Below are positions 1 to 10,048 of a DNA stretch of 64,000 nt, piece by piece (position 1 is the stretch's first letter; each line of letters opens with the position of its first letter). The DNA is taken from NCBI GenBank assembly GCA_963726255.1, contig CAVSBL010000002.1, positions 1,984,001-2,048,000 on the forward strand, given 5' to 3'. Source of the DNA: Candidatus Bathyarchaeota archaeon (GTDB taxonomy: Archaea > Thermoproteota > Bathyarchaeia > 40CM-2-53-6). The notes beneath the pieces are model-generated. The model did no database searches. It saw only the letters and a program-made list of their open reading frames with translations, and was not told the DNA's origin. The position numbers and the translations under genes were made by a program.

Positions 1-1011
1 CGGATTTCCAGCGACATCCACCGAGCCGTGTATCCGTTCCCTGAGGTTTTCCGGTATGGTAACTATCTTGTAATGTGCGGCCCTTGCTTCGTCGACCATC
101 ATGGTTTCGGTAATCATCTGATTTGGGGTGAGGAATACAACCTTCTCCAGCGAATTGAGGATTTTGACCGCATGCTCCTGAACGTCCATCCATTTTAATT
201 CGTCATGCGTAGTTCCAGCGTCGAAGTTCTTCAGGTCGTCTGTTAATGCCTGCGCGACTTCCTTGCCGCTGCATGACAATAGGATGGCTCTTATCCGTTC
301 AGAATAGGCGCTTCTTCCAACATTGGACCGCTCCCTGTTCAGAGCCCTCTTGATTGCTTCTGTGATTGAGATTATGTTGTAACTGAAAAGAAAATTCTCT
401 TCTTCAGCGACCTTCACTCCGTTGATGTAGATTCTTCCATTCTTTCCTTTCTTCCTGAGGACGTCGCCGTATTTCGCTCCTTCAATCGAAGCTTCTCCTG
501 AAAACTTCAAGAACAGGTCTTTCGCCTTCTCGACATCTTCGCGGGTCACCCCATGGAAAATGAATTCCGTGCCGGTGAATTTCGGGTCGGATGGTGGCGA
601 TATGTATGCATGAAGCGTCTTTACGTCCTCGAAGCCATGCTTCTGCACTCTGCCTAGCGTGATATCTCCGTGCTTGGATCTGATGAAGACCTTCACGTCG
701 TGCCTGTCGAAAGTTGCGAGAGCATCTTTGAGTCCTATTCCGAATTTGCCAATCATGTTCGGGTTTGACAATTTCTCTGCGTTTTCATTTTGAGTCAGAT
801 GGTCGTGCCGAAGCCCTCGTCCATAATCTCTGATGTGCCAGTTGCCTGACGAATCTTCCGTTATCTCTATGTCTTTCGTGTTAGTGAGTAATTGCTCGTC
901 CAATGCGTTTGCAATCACTTCCCGCAGTCCATGATGGACTTCCCAATCTTCCAGAATCTTCTCTATGTTAAGGTCAAACGGCTTCGCGTCCGCAGCGCTC
1001 ATTGTCGACAT
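1..1011 (-). CDS. GHKL (HATPase_c / HSP90-MutL-MORC-like) ATPase; 3' end beyond the window edge; absent from the ORF track
   Basis: Manual translation from ATG 1011 (or 1002): MSTMSAADAKPFDLNIEKILEDWEVHHGLREVIANALDE...IRDYGRG...IGKFGIGLKDA...FTGTEF. Contains the Bergerat-fold N box (ExxxNAxD), G1 (DxGxG), G2 (GxFGxG) and G3 (GT). Starts 1 nt after the rad50 stop. Confidence 0.85.
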   Translation of the reverse strand, partial: MSTMSAADAKPFDLNIEKILEDWEVHHGLREVIANALDEQLLTNTKDIEITEDSSGNWHIRDYGRGLRHDHLTQNENAEKLSNPNMIGKFGIGLKDALATFDRHDVKVFIRSKHGDITLGRVQKHGFEDVKTLHAYISPPSDPKFTGTEFIFHGVTREDVEKAKDLFLKFSGEASIEGAKYGDVLRKKGKNGRIYINGVKVAEEENFLFSYNIISITEAIKRALNRERSNVGRSAYSERIRAILLSCSGKEVAQALTDDLKNFDAGTTHDELKWMDVQEHAVKILNSLEKVVFLTPNQMITETMMVDEARAAHYKIVTIPENLRERIHGSVDVAGNP

Positions 1012-1012
1012 C

Positions 1013-3046
1013 TCATGATCCAGCTCCTGATTGGATTTTGGATTTACCATTTGCCTTGTCGACTCTGATGATTTGGTCGGCAAAGCTTTCGAGTTCTGTT
1101 TCATGGGAGACAAGTACGACTTGCGGACACTGCAGCTCGTGAAGGATATCACGAATTTTGTACAGCTGCTCCTTGCTGAAACCATCAGTCGGTTCGTCCA
1201 ATATGAGAAGGTTCGACTTCATGCCGATTGAGACTTGCTGCACGACACTATTGAGAGCAAGTCTGTAGGCAAGCGCGGCGCTCGTCTTCTCTCCACCGCT
1301 TAGGAAGTCTACATCCTGGTCATAGCCGTCCTGCGTAACGGTCGGCGTGAAATCTTCGTCTATTCCAACATCTTTCGTTGGGTCCTCTACAAGAAGGTTG
1401 AACCACTTCTGGAACTGGCTGCTGAACCCTTGATTGATTGCAACAAGCACCTGCCTTTCGATAAGCGCCAAGGTATTGACGAAATAGTCGTTCAACCAGA
1501 CGTGGAAATCCTTGAGCCTCATCGCAGCGTTCTTCGCGTCATCCATCTTCTTGATAGCCTTGTTCAAATCATCAATTTCATTCGCCAGGTCGGTGATTCT
1601 CTGCCTGAATGAGGAGAGATTGTTTCGGGTTTCCTTCAGCGATTCCTCTTTCCCAACGATTGACTTGTCCAGTTCATCGATCTTTATTTGGACGTCCTTG
1701 AGACTTTCTGCTTCCTTCTTCTTTCCTCCGAGTTCTTTGCCGAGCTCATCCGTCTTTTCTTTCAGCTTGGAGATCTGCGGCCCATTAGTGCCCAGAGTAT
1801 GTTTGTATTCTTTTGCTCGCTCGCTGAGTTGATTCAACGTTTCCTGATTGGCGTCAAACTTCTCCAGAACTTTGAGCAATCCACGCGCTCTTTTCGTTTC
1901 GTCCTCACAGTCCTTGAGGGCTTTGCTGGCCTTGCGCAGTTCCTCCTGCTTCTTCTTCACAAGCGCGTGAAAGTCCTTCCCTGTTGCGGGTCTGTCGCAG
2001 GTCGGACATTTCTTGTCCTTCTCTATCTTTTCATAGTCTTCGAGTTTGTCGCTTATCCTGTTCTCGGCTTTTCCGAGCTTCTTCTCCTGTGTTTGGAGGT
2101 CCTCGATTCTCTTTTCGAGTTGGTCGGTCGTCTGTGTAGTTGGGCGTTTTTCCTTCTCAAGCGGTTCCATCTTCTTTTGGAGTTCCGCGAGTTTTGTCTT
2201 GGCTTCGTCAGAGGCGTCGGTGAGGGTTTTGACGTCGAAGGTTTTGTCATCAATTTGCTTCTGAATTTGCGGCATCTCAGCCTGAAGCTTGTTGAGCTTG
2301 ATCTTATCGTCCTGCAGTCTACCTAAATCCTTACCCAGTCGATCAATGTCGCCTTGCAATCCAGTTTCTGTCTTTTCGAATTCGCCAACCTTCTTCGTCT
2401 TCTCGGTCTTCTCTGCGTCTCTGTCACCCAGTGTCTTCTTCTTGTCTTCGAGTCCCTTGGCTTCCGTGTCTAGCTGCGTTATTTTGTGTTCAATTCTAAG
2501 GTCCAACTTGCCCGCATTGTCCTGAGCAGTCTTGTATTCTTCAAGTCTGAACGCTTTCCTCAGGGTCTGAAGTCTCATGTCGGGCTTGTAGGATAAGATA
2601 GCCTTCATTTCCTCCTGGGGGGTAAAAACTGCGTATCTGTAAATCCAGCTCTGTGCCTTCGGGTCTTCCGGCTCATTGAAGTGGAGAATTTCGAGAATCC
2701 TTTGCTTCAGCTCAGAAGCTTCTAGGCTCAGCTTGCCGCTCGGCTCGATGATATGTCCGGAGCCCTGATGGATTGACTTTGACTTGCGTTCGAGGGTCCT
2801 GTGGACCGTGTAGTTCTGGCCATTTACTTCGAAAGTCAGCGTGACGTTACCTTCCTTTTGGCCAAGCCTGAGCAATGAGCCTCCCTTCAGAGATCCCAGA
2901 CCGAAGAGAGCGAACTCAATAGCCATGAGCACGGTCGATTTGCCCGAGCCGCTGGCGCCTTCAAAGAGGATGGTCCCTTGCGGGAAATCCAGTTTGAGCT
3001 TGTCATAGCTGCGGATGTTTTCGAGTTCAAGGCTCTTGAGCATCAT
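1013..3046 (-). CDS. rad50: Rad50/SbcC SMC-like ATPase
   Basis: Walker A GASGSGKST, Q-loop TPQEE, long coiled coil with zinc hook CPTC, signature LSGGE, Walker B LLILDEP, H-loop VSH. 4-nt overlap with mre11. Confidence 0.95.
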   Translation of the reverse strand: MMLKSLELENIRSYDKLKLDFPQGTILFEGASGSGKSTVLMAIEFALFGLGSLKGGSLLRLGQKEGNVTLTFEVNGQNYTVHRTLERKSKSIHQGSGHIIEPSGKLSLEASELKQRILEILHFNEPEDPKAQSWIYRYAVFTPQEEMKAILSYKPDMRLQTLRKAFRLEEYKTAQDNAGKLDLRIEHKITQLDTEAKGLEDKKKTLGDRDAEKTEKTKKVGEFEKTETGLQGDIDRLGKDLGRLQDDKIKLNKLQAEMPQIQKQIDDKTFDVKTLTDASDEAKTKLAELQKKMEPLEKEKRPTTQTTDQLEKRIEDLQTQEKKLGKAENRISDKLEDYEKIEKDKKCPTCDRPATGKDFHALVKKKQEELRKASKALKDCEDETKRARGLLKVLEKFDANQETLNQLSERAKEYKHTLGTNGPQISKLKEKTDELGKELGGKKKEAESLKDVQIKIDELDKSIVGKEESLKETRNNLSSFRQRITDLANEIDDLNKAIKKMDDAKNAAMRLKDFHVWLNDYFVNTLALIERQVLVAINQGFSSQFQKWFNLLVEDPTKDVGIDEDFTPTVTQDGYDQDVDFLSGGEKTSAALAYRLALNSVVQQVSIGMKSNLLILDEPTDGFSKEQLYKIRDILHELQCPQVVLVSHETELESFADQIIRVDKANGKSKIQSGAGS

Positions 3047-4302
3047 GGCGAGAGCACCTCCCCGAGTCCGAGTGTTTCGATTGCCTGCTCTTTCATATGC
3101 TCATCGTAGCTTTGCTTCGACTCCCCAGCCTTTGCCGCTCTTCGGAGGACTTTCAGCAAAGTGATGGCAAGCTTGGCCCCATCTTCCTCCTTGAGAGAAT
3201 TCTCCGAGACCTTGACAGTGCCGATGTTTTCCTGCAGCAGCCTGCTCTCGATTGTCTCGACGTCTTCTCCGGCAGCTTTGATTGCGGCAAACTCCTTCGA
3301 TGTCAGGCCATGCCTGTTTACGTACGCCGAGATTGCGCCTCGTTCCAGGAGGTTTTGTCTTAGCCTTGCAAAATTGATATCAGACGTCTTTCCGCCAGAG
3401 AGCTCGCCTCTCACTCGGAGCATCATGACTTTATTCTTGACATCGAGCGAGTCCAAGCTTTCCTCCAGCCAAGCTTCTGACTCATGCGCGTTTCTGTCCT
3501 CTACGTCAAAATCCTTGAAAACAAAGTCGCAGACCTGGATGGGTACGAACCGGACAGAATCGATTGTGCTGCCGAAAGAGACTATGTAGAAGCCACGTTT
3601 TGCGCCTTTGCCGCTCGCCTCATGGTCGCGAGTCTGGCTTCCAAAGAGGGCTCCTGGAAAAACCACATGATTGTAGCCTGGCAGATTCTTCTCAAGTCTT
3701 TCATGTATGTGACCGCCGGCATAGTAGTCGAATCCCTTGGGTAGCAGAGAGATCGGAATAGACTCCATGTCCGACAGATACTCGGGCTTTAACTCGTCTA
3801 AGCCTGCGTGAAATGCGAAAATCCTGAAGCCTTTTTCGGCCTCCAGACTCGCACGATCGAGCATCTCATAGTATTCGCGGTCGAGTCCGCCTTTTCTCCC
3901 AGAGATACCCACTAGCTTTGCTCCGGTCTTGGGATCAACAAAAAAATGAAGTCTGAGCTTCTCTTCTTCTATGTCGCCGCTTACTATCCTCTTGATGAGA
4001 CCGGCGCTCTCAATGATGTCGACAACAGACTTGCCATTCGGAGTAAAGTCATGGCTCCCGTAGATCACATAAACGGGAATGCCGCGGTCGGCGATTTGTT
4101 TCAGCTTACGAATTGCATCGTCGACAACTCCGAGGTCTGGAATGCTGACGTGAAACAAGTCCCCGCAAATCAGGATAAAGTCTACGTTCTCTTTGAAGCA
4201 TTCGTCAACTGCTTGCTCGAAAGCTCGCATCTCAAACTTCGATAGCACCGGGTCCGAGTTCGCTCCCAAGTGAATATCTGCGATGTGTGCAAATTTCGCC
4301 AT
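3043..4302 (-). CDS. mre11: Mre11/SbcD metallophosphoesterase nuclease
   Basis: Motifs ADIHLG, GDLFH, GSHD (variant of GNHD), FHAG, GHIH. Adjacent to rad50. Confidence 0.93.
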   Translation of the reverse strand: MAKFAHIADIHLGANSDPVLSKFEMRAFEQAVDECFKENVDFILICGDLFHVSIPDLGVVDDAIRKLKQIADRGIPVYVIYGSHDFTPNGKSVVDIIESAGLIKRIVSGDIEEEKLRLHFFVDPKTGAKLVGISGRKGGLDREYYEMLDRASLEAEKGFRIFAFHAGLDELKPEYLSDMESIPISLLPKGFDYYAGGHIHERLEKNLPGYNHVVFPGALFGSQTRDHEASGKGAKRGFYIVSFGSTIDSVRFVPIQVCDFVFKDFDVEDRNAHESEAWLEESLDSLDVKNKVMMLRVRGELSGGKTSDINFARLRQNLLERGAISAYVNRHGLTSKEFAAIKAAGEDVETIESRLLQENIGTVKVSENSLKEEDGAKLAITLLKVLRRAAKAGESKQSYDEHMKEQAIETLGLGEVLSP

Positions 4303-4308
4303 CTGGAA

Positions 4309-5847
4309 TCACCTTGTGAATTGAACCTTCTGCTTCTTCCCTTGCTCAGTGTGCTGGCTGGCCACGTAGTCCTCAAACTTCGGAATCTGAATGGGGACGG
4401 CGAACTTCGCGAACACGCTACTGAGGATCGCTTCGCCCTTGTCCAAGCTTGCTATGTTCCTGTCGTCCTGCGAAAGGTCTTGTGAAGCGCTGTCAATGAT
4501 TGAATGCCGCTCTGCAGACATCTCATTGCCCAGAATGATCTTCGTGTTGAGATTGGTCAAGATGTCCCTGGGTATCGCACTAGTGATTTGCGTTACCGCA
4601 ATCAGGCCTATCTTGAATTTTCTTCCCTCGCGCGCTATGGTGCTGTATACATTGTCGCCGGCTTTCTCCAGCCTGTCCTGACCGAGAACCCTGGGCGCTT
4701 CTTCTATGGCTATGCTCACAACTGGCTTGTCATCGAGACTTCCCTCCGCCTTGTAGCTTTGGTATCTGTCTAGAATTTCGTTGGCGATAATGCTCCCAAC
4801 GAGTAGTTCGGCTTCATCACCGATCTTTGAAGTGTCAACGACAACTATCTTTCCCTTCTCAAGGGCGTTCACAATATCGGATATTGTCGACTCTCCAGCG
4901 CTGTCTGAAAAGATCCTGTTCGAGCAGATGAGATTTCCATCGGAGTCTACCCGAATGCCGAACTTGGTCCTGAAGATTCTTTGGAGTACCGTTTTTGTTG
5001 TATCCTTCACCCCGTTGACGTCCGTTCCTCGTACTATGTTGTCGATCCAGTCTTGTCGGAACTCTTGGAAGTAGGCTGTGAAGGCTTGTTCCTGTGCATC
5101 TGTCAATCTCACAATGCCGTTGAGATGGTCGGGCGTGATAGAACGGAGATTTATGACAAGGGTGTTTGTACCTGCAGGAGCATTCACTGAATAATAGAGC
5201 AGGTTCCCTTTCGCATCATTGTGGTCTTTCAGGCCGATGGAACTTCTACCGTAATACTCGTCGTGCGGATCGAGTACGAGAATCCCAAATTTCTTCTGCC
5301 CTAGAACGCTCCAAAGCATGACTTTGACTAGATTGCTTTTTCCACGGCCGGTCGTCGACGGGATGAGTACGTGGTGTCGGAGCGCTTCCTCTCCGTCAAG
5401 ATACACATCAGCATCGATTATCTTGCTTCCGCTTCTGACCTTTCCAAGGTACAGAGGATTTGCAGGGCGGGTAAGGAACTTGAGGTCATCTGCGTTGACA
5501 GACCTCACTGTACCAAAGAACTCGGGGAGAATCTTCGGCGAATGAGGAGTTTCCTTGATATCAAGGACGGCCTTGCATTCGGCCAAGATGTAGTTGCGCA
5601 ATCCTGGCTCAAGGAACTCAAGGCTTGCACCGAGTCCCTCAAGCTTCATGCCAGCAAGGTGTTCCCTTGTGGACTGTGGAATCTGACTGCCGTAGAGCAG
5701 ATTATAGACTTGAAGAATAAGAAAACCTTCACTCGTCTCAGCGACGAGGAGGTCACCCAGTTCGATTTTTGTGCCGCTCTTCTCACGAATAATGACCTGA
5801 GCGACTTGCCCGCCGACAATCTGGCCACAAATATCTGTATCTTCCAT
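4309..5847 (-). CDS. herA: HerA/FtsK-family helicase-translocase
   Basis: N-terminal HAS-barrel-like region, Walker [17 protein letters not shown], Walker B IAIEEA, arginine finger AREGRKF, VTQ sensor. Confidence 0.92.
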   Translation of the reverse strand: MEDTDICGQIVGGQVAQVIIREKSGTKIELGDLLVAETSEGFLILQVYNLLYGSQIPQSTREHLAGMKLEGLGASLEFLEPGLRNYILAECKAVLDIKETPHSPKILPEFFGTVRSVNADDLKFLTRPANPLYLGKVRSGSKIIDADVYLDGEEALRHHVLIPSTTGRGKSNLVKVMLWSVLGQKKFGILVLDPHDEYYGRSSIGLKDHNDAKGNLLYYSVNAPAGTNTLVINLRSITPDHLNGIVRLTDAQEQAFTAYFQEFRQDWIDNIVRGTDVNGVKDTTKTVLQRIFRTKFGIRVDSDGNLICSNRIFSDSAGESTISDIVNALEKGKIVVVDTSKIGDEAELLVGSIIANEILDRYQSYKAEGSLDDKPVVSIAIEEAPRVLGQDRLEKAGDNVYSTIAREGRKFKIGLIAVTQITSAIPRDILTNLNTKIILGNEMSAERHSIIDSASQDLSQDDRNIASLDKGEAILSSVFAKFAVPIQIPKFEDYVASQHTEQGKKQKVQFTR

Positions 5848-5850
5848 TTC

Positions 5851-6966
5851 TTACCACTCCTTCAAATTATCAAGAACGTCATGAGCATCGAGCGATTCAA
5901 TGTGACGGGAGAATTTTGGCCACGAGCCATTCTTGGAAATCTCGGAAAGCAGCATCACACGATGCAGCTCTACATCCGAACCGATGACCTTTGCATTTGC
6001 ATCCGCATCAACGAGCCCGTACGGATAGCCTGGAAAAGCTATGTCACAAGAGTTTTCGGACAGCCCTGAAAAGATCTCACATAATTGCTCTTCAGTGAGT
6101 TTTCCTGCCTGATTGGCCTGAATCTCGTATCTGAAGATGCGCATGCTTTCCGGCCTGAGCCTAAGCAGGAAGATCGCAGCCTCATGTTCAGGGCTCTTCG
6201 ACTTGGCAATCGGATAGTAGTACCAAGGCGGCTCGACGCTCTTGTCTTCCGCGAGCTTCCTGACAGCTCCTAGCAAAGACAGACCTGTGGTGGTGAACAA
6301 ATTGCTGGTTTTGGCCAGACCAGTGTAGAGCACGCCTCTCTTTCTCGCTGCGGAATATCCCTCCCTCGCGTAGTTGTCCTCATTCTTGAAAGCGGTCCTA
6401 AGCGTACCATCCATTACGATAATGTCGCCATCAGATAGTACATTCTCGACTACGCTGGTCGCTAGCCTCCATTCCGCGAATCTCCGTGCGATGGTCGCAA
6501 CTCTTCTGATATCAGCTCTTGATGTGCCCTGCATTAATCGCTGGTCGAACGAGCTAAAAGAAAGGTCCGCTTGGTCGGGCAGAAACGCCTCATTGCCTTC
6601 AACAAGCGGGAACAACGATGTCTCGAAGACTATCTCATTACCTTCGAAACGAGCCACGGTTGCAGAAACGAACTCGACCTTCTGAGGTATGCTTGCCTCG
6701 TGATTCACCCGCTTAGGTCCGCAGAAGACATTGAAGTACAGCCTATTGAACTGGACCGAGAAGTTGGGTGCCTGCAGCAGCGGCTGATTACCGCCGTCCA
6801 CGAAGGCAATCCTCCGTGCTGAATGTGAGTGCTTGAGAGGATGAAAATTCGACAAACCAAGAGGAACGGTGTCGTAGTTGTGGCTGCTTAGGTCGGGGTT
6901 TCCGAGATCCATCTCGCTAACTCGTGCGTCAAGATCTTGTGCAACCCTTTCGGCAAATTGGCTCAT
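5851..6966 (-). CDS. nurA: NurA 5'-3' nuclease
   Basis: RNase H-like motifs FVDGG, VMDGTL, GLAKTS, GYPYGLVDAD. Directly upstream of herA. Confidence 0.88.
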   Translation of the reverse strand: MSQFAERVAQDLDARVSEMDLGNPDLSSHNYDTVPLGLSNFHPLKHSHSARRIAFVDGGNQPLLQAPNFSVQFNRLYFNVFCGPKRVNHEASIPQKVEFVSATVARFEGNEIVFETSLFPLVEGNEAFLPDQADLSFSSFDQRLMQGTSRADIRRVATIARRFAEWRLATSVVENVLSDGDIIVMDGTLRTAFKNEDNYAREGYSAARKRGVLYTGLAKTSNLFTTTGLSLLGAVRKLAEDKSVEPPWYYYPIAKSKSPEHEAAIFLLRLRPESMRIFRYEIQANQAGKLTEEQLCEIFSGLSENSCDIAFPGYPYGLVDADANAKVIGSDVELHRVMLLSEISKNGSWPKFSRHIESLDAHDVLDNLKEW

Positions 6967-6977
6967 ACCATTCTCAC

Positions 6978-9272
6978 CTATAGCAACACCATGTTATCTT
7001 GAACCATGACGCCAGCAGAGATGTTCTCGCCGAGGTTCTGCGTCAGTATCTGAGGGAGGGCAAACTTGCCCTGCCTGAAAATCGAAGACCAATTCAAATG
7101 AGTAAGCCTGTAGTATTCATCGATGATCTGTTTGATGTGGGGTCTTGGTGTGGCTTCACAATTGATGCAAAGATGCTTCTTGAGCGATATCTCGATGGGC
7201 TGTGCGGTTCCAAACGGAGCTGCGCACGAAACGAGCAAACCTACATTATCGTTGTAGGCAATGGCGGTGCCTTCTCGAACATTGGTCGTCGAATCACCGG
7301 TCTGTTCGATGATGCGCTTGTTGGGGGACTTGTTTACTCCTATGACGTCAATGATCAAGCTCTTCGGATAAGTCTCCTTTCTGCTCAAGAGGCTTGGTAT
7401 CGGTTCCTTTCTCTCTTCTGGGATGCCGTGTAGTATGACGCTCTCAATCATGTCTGCCTCGTCTTCTCTTATGACGCCGTCTTTGGCGAACACGAGACGG
7501 CGGAATGAAAATACTCGACCGTCGATGTGGCCGAACTTCTGGCCAAAAAGTGCTATCTTGCTGAGCAGGTCGATGAGAACGTCGTAGAAACCAGACGGAG
7601 TCAGCTTTTCGCCGCCAATCGGCTTGGTGCCGGTAGCGATGTATCTTCCGTAGGAGTCAGTCATGGCACTATAGGCGGTCGCAGAGGCCTTGAGCTTAGG
7701 TCTTCTAGATACGTCGTGATATGCATAGCATGAACAGCCGGGGGTTATGCCAAAGATTGCTGAGTCAGCGGGCTCCTTCAGAATCCACGCCGCAGTCCCC
7801 GTTCCTCCGAACTTGATGTAGCACTGAGAAGCGGTGTTCACTTTAATGCCGTACGATGCTGCAGATGATGAAAGGATTTTTCGAAGCGTTCCAAGCGCGA
7901 TTGCTTGTGAGGGGAAAGGTTCCGTTCCGAACAGTCTTTCAAAGAGTTTCTCGCGTGAGCGATAGTAGACTTCGGACGCAAAAGTGTCTGGAAGTACAAT
8001 GAAGGCAAGCACTCTCTGGTTTGTCTCGGCTCGGAGTTGGGTTATTGCTGAGGTGTAGTCCGCAACGCTCTCTCCACCTGTATCTATGAAGCCGTCCTCG
8101 CCGATCGTGGTTGCTCTTTGAAGCGTTCCAAAACCTAGTTCACCGTACGTGTCCTCAAGCGAGTTCAGAGCAACCGAAATTTCGTCTCTAGTGCCGTTGT
8201 GGATTACGATGTATTTGCCGTCCAGCGACCCAGCAAAAGGACCATGTTGTTTGAGAGAGGCGTGTATCGAAGCGACGGGTGTGATTGCTTCATTGCCGAC
8301 AACCAACGCAAGTTGTGAACGTGGAGCAAGAGATAATTCCTCGAATCTGACGGAAGACGGGCTCGATGGGCCTTCGAGCTCAATTCTCTCGCCGATGAAT
8401 TTCAGGTCGGCTAGCTTCTCGCGTACAAAATCCGTTGCGAAGTTAATTCGCAAAGCTGGGTCTTTCTTGAGATTGCTTGGTAGTGGTTCTCCCTGCCTAA
8501 ACTCTTTGAACACGCATGACTTCGGGTAGGAAACCTTGGACCGAAAGAGAGGGACGAATACTTCGAGCATTTCTTCATTCGGGTCAACAAAGTCAACATG
8601 ATGTTTGATGCGCCAGTAATCAGAAGTCTTGCACTTGCCTTCGCCAAGAGGGAATTCGAGCTGATCTGCTTTCTCAGATTTCCTCCCAACGAGCACTCCA
8701 TAGATCCAATGCGGGAGAACACGGACTTTCACTTCAGACTCTTCTGCCATGTGTACGGCTTCTGCAATTTGTGACTCTGAAATGGGGGTCATGATTCGAG
8801 TTCTGATATCTACCCAAATCGAAAGGCGCGAATCAACAATTTCTGATTGAATTCGGTAGGCGCGTTTCATGTTCGAGGATTTATCTTGAATGTCGCGGGC
8901 CAGAACGTAGCGATCCCCCGTCTTGAGGAAGCCTCTGCTGAGAATATGGTACCTAACTCGGTTCTGCCAGGCCATCTCCACTGCAGCCATCGGGACTGAG
9001 CTCATGGGTTCAACCTTTAGTCCGAGGCTGTCGAACCTGACTAACATTTTCACGAGTTGCTGTGGCTCTGCGTCTAGGACAACAATGTCAGACTCCTTGG
9101 TCTGGAAAACCGCAGCGTCAAAACCATTTCTGATGATTGTGGCACAAACCGCTTGGAGCTTGGCCCGCTTCTCCTGCTCCATCTCCATAACGATGGAAGA
9201 GAATTTGATGCTGCTGCCTGAGACTTGTTGCGGGACTCGAGTTTTTGATTTGTACAAGTTGAGCACTTTCAC
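6978..9272 (-). CDS. ago: Long prokaryotic Argonaute (N-L1-PAZ-L2-MID-PIWI)
   Basis: 764 aa. PAZ-like DYWRIKHHVDFVDPNEEMLEV...SYPKSCV. MID pocket YYRSR / PSQAI / NTASQCYIKFGG. PIWI motifs YHDVS, GGEKL, FAKDG, IGVNKS, GTAQPI, YRLTHLNWSS..LPQILTQNL. Hydrophobic C-terminus MVLL. GTG start overlaps the upstream stop, with GGAGG upstream. Confidence 0.88.
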   Translation of the reverse strand: MKVLNLYKSKTRVPQQVSGSSIKFSSIVMEMEQEKRAKLQAVCATIIRNGFDAAVFQTKESDIVVLDAEPQQLVKMLVRFDSLGLKVEPMSSVPMAAVEMAWQNRVRYHILSRGFLKTGDRYVLARDIQDKSSNMKRAYRIQSEIVDSRLSIWVDIRTRIMTPISESQIAEAVHMAEESEVKVRVLPHWIYGVLVGRKSEKADQLEFPLGEGKCKTSDYWRIKHHVDFVDPNEEMLEVFVPLFRSKVSYPKSCVFKEFRQGEPLPSNLKKDPALRINFATDFVREKLADLKFIGERIELEGPSSPSSVRFEELSLAPRSQLALVVGNEAITPVASIHASLKQHGPFAGSLDGKYIVIHNGTRDEISVALNSLEDTYGELGFGTLQRATTIGEDGFIDTGGESVADYTSAITQLRAETNQRVLAFIVLPDTFASEVYYRSREKLFERLFGTEPFPSQAIALGTLRKILSSSAASYGIKVNTASQCYIKFGGTGTAAWILKEPADSAIFGITPGCSCYAYHDVSRRPKLKASATAYSAMTDSYGRYIATGTKPIGGEKLTPSGFYDVLIDLLSKIALFGQKFGHIDGRVFSFRRLVFAKDGVIREDEADMIESVILHGIPEERKEPIPSLLSRKETYPKSLIIDVIGVNKSPNKRIIEQTGDSTTNVREGTAIAYNDNVGLLVSCAAPFGTAQPIEISLKKHLCINCEATPRPHIKQIIDEYYRLTHLNWSSIFRQGKFALPQILTQNLGENISAGVMVQDNMVLL

Positions 9273-10048
9273 TTTCTCCCCTCCAGCTTGGTTTGGAACG
9301 TTGATGCCTGAGTTCGTGTCAAGTATGGGCCTAGGATTCTGTCGGCGACGTACCTCAGAATCGCCGCCTGTTCCGAGAGAGTGAATGTGTCGGCGGCTGC
9401 GTGAATGGTCACTACCCCCGTCTCACGGAAACCCACTCTCGGCTCAGAATCGAGCTGGGTAAGCGGCACTTTCACAAATGCAAGCGGCTCGCCGCCGTAG
9501 GCCGCCCAGAATTCAGTCTCGGTGACGGACGCTCGGCTCGTGGCTGAAATCAGATCAGGTTCCTGTTTCTTCGACGGTTTGACGTCCACCTTGATGACTT
9601 CTGGCACGGAATCGATGACAGCTTTCAGAGTGCTTTGGTTGAACTTCAGTATGGAAGTCGCAAGGCCTGGCAAAAGATTATGCTCCATTACGGACTGGAG
9701 ACGGTCTGCTATGGTGCTGGGGCATACCCCGACGAATAGAAAACCAGAGTCAAGGATAACTACCGGCACTCTCTTGAGTTCAACAATCGATTTCTTTGCC
9801 ACGCTTCCTTTCTCGATGGTCTCGTATTCATGCGGATACGCGAATCCCAGTTCGAACACAATTCCTCCCTCAACTTGGTGAATGCTGTCAGGCATTGTCC
9901 CCTCGGTAAAATCCGGAATTTCGGACTCGACCTGAATCGACTTCACTTTCTGGGATAGAGAACGGTCTTTTGCAACATTCTTCGGGATTGGTGTGATGTT
10001 GTAGCTAGGCAAGAAACTCGCCCTCCTGTGCAACTTTCGTCTGAACAA
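9269..10048 (-). CDS. Hypothetical protein translationally coupled to Argonaute (likely real start TTG 10012)
   Basis: Stop overlaps the ago start (GTGA). GGAGG precedes TTG at 10012. No motif recognised. Confidence 0.75.
   Translation of the reverse strand: MFRRKLHRRASFLPSYNITPIPKNVAKDRSLSQKVKSIQVESEIPDFTEGTMPDSIHQVEGGIVFELGFAYPHEYETIEKGSVAKKSIVELKRVPVVILDSGFLFVGVCPSTIADRLQSVMEHNLLPGLATSILKFNQSTLKAVIDSVPEVIKVDVKPSKKQEPDLISATSRASVTETEFWAAYGGEPLAFVKVPLTQLDSEPRVGFRETGVVTIHAAADTFTLSEQAAILRYVADRILGPYLTRTQASTFQTKLEGRK

Noticed and set aside
1013-5847. Reading the SMC-like ATPase, nuclease and HerA as Wadjet, Lamassu or Sir2-HerA defence systems
   Set aside because: The zinc-hook Rad50, Mre11 phosphoesterase motifs and NurA identify the archaeal resection module. 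No kleisin/KITE, Toprim or Sir2 gene is present.
9269-9300. Possible PCNA-interacting (PIP) box FQTKLEG at the end of ORF259
   Set aside because: QxxL is present but the downstream aromatic residues are missing; too weak.
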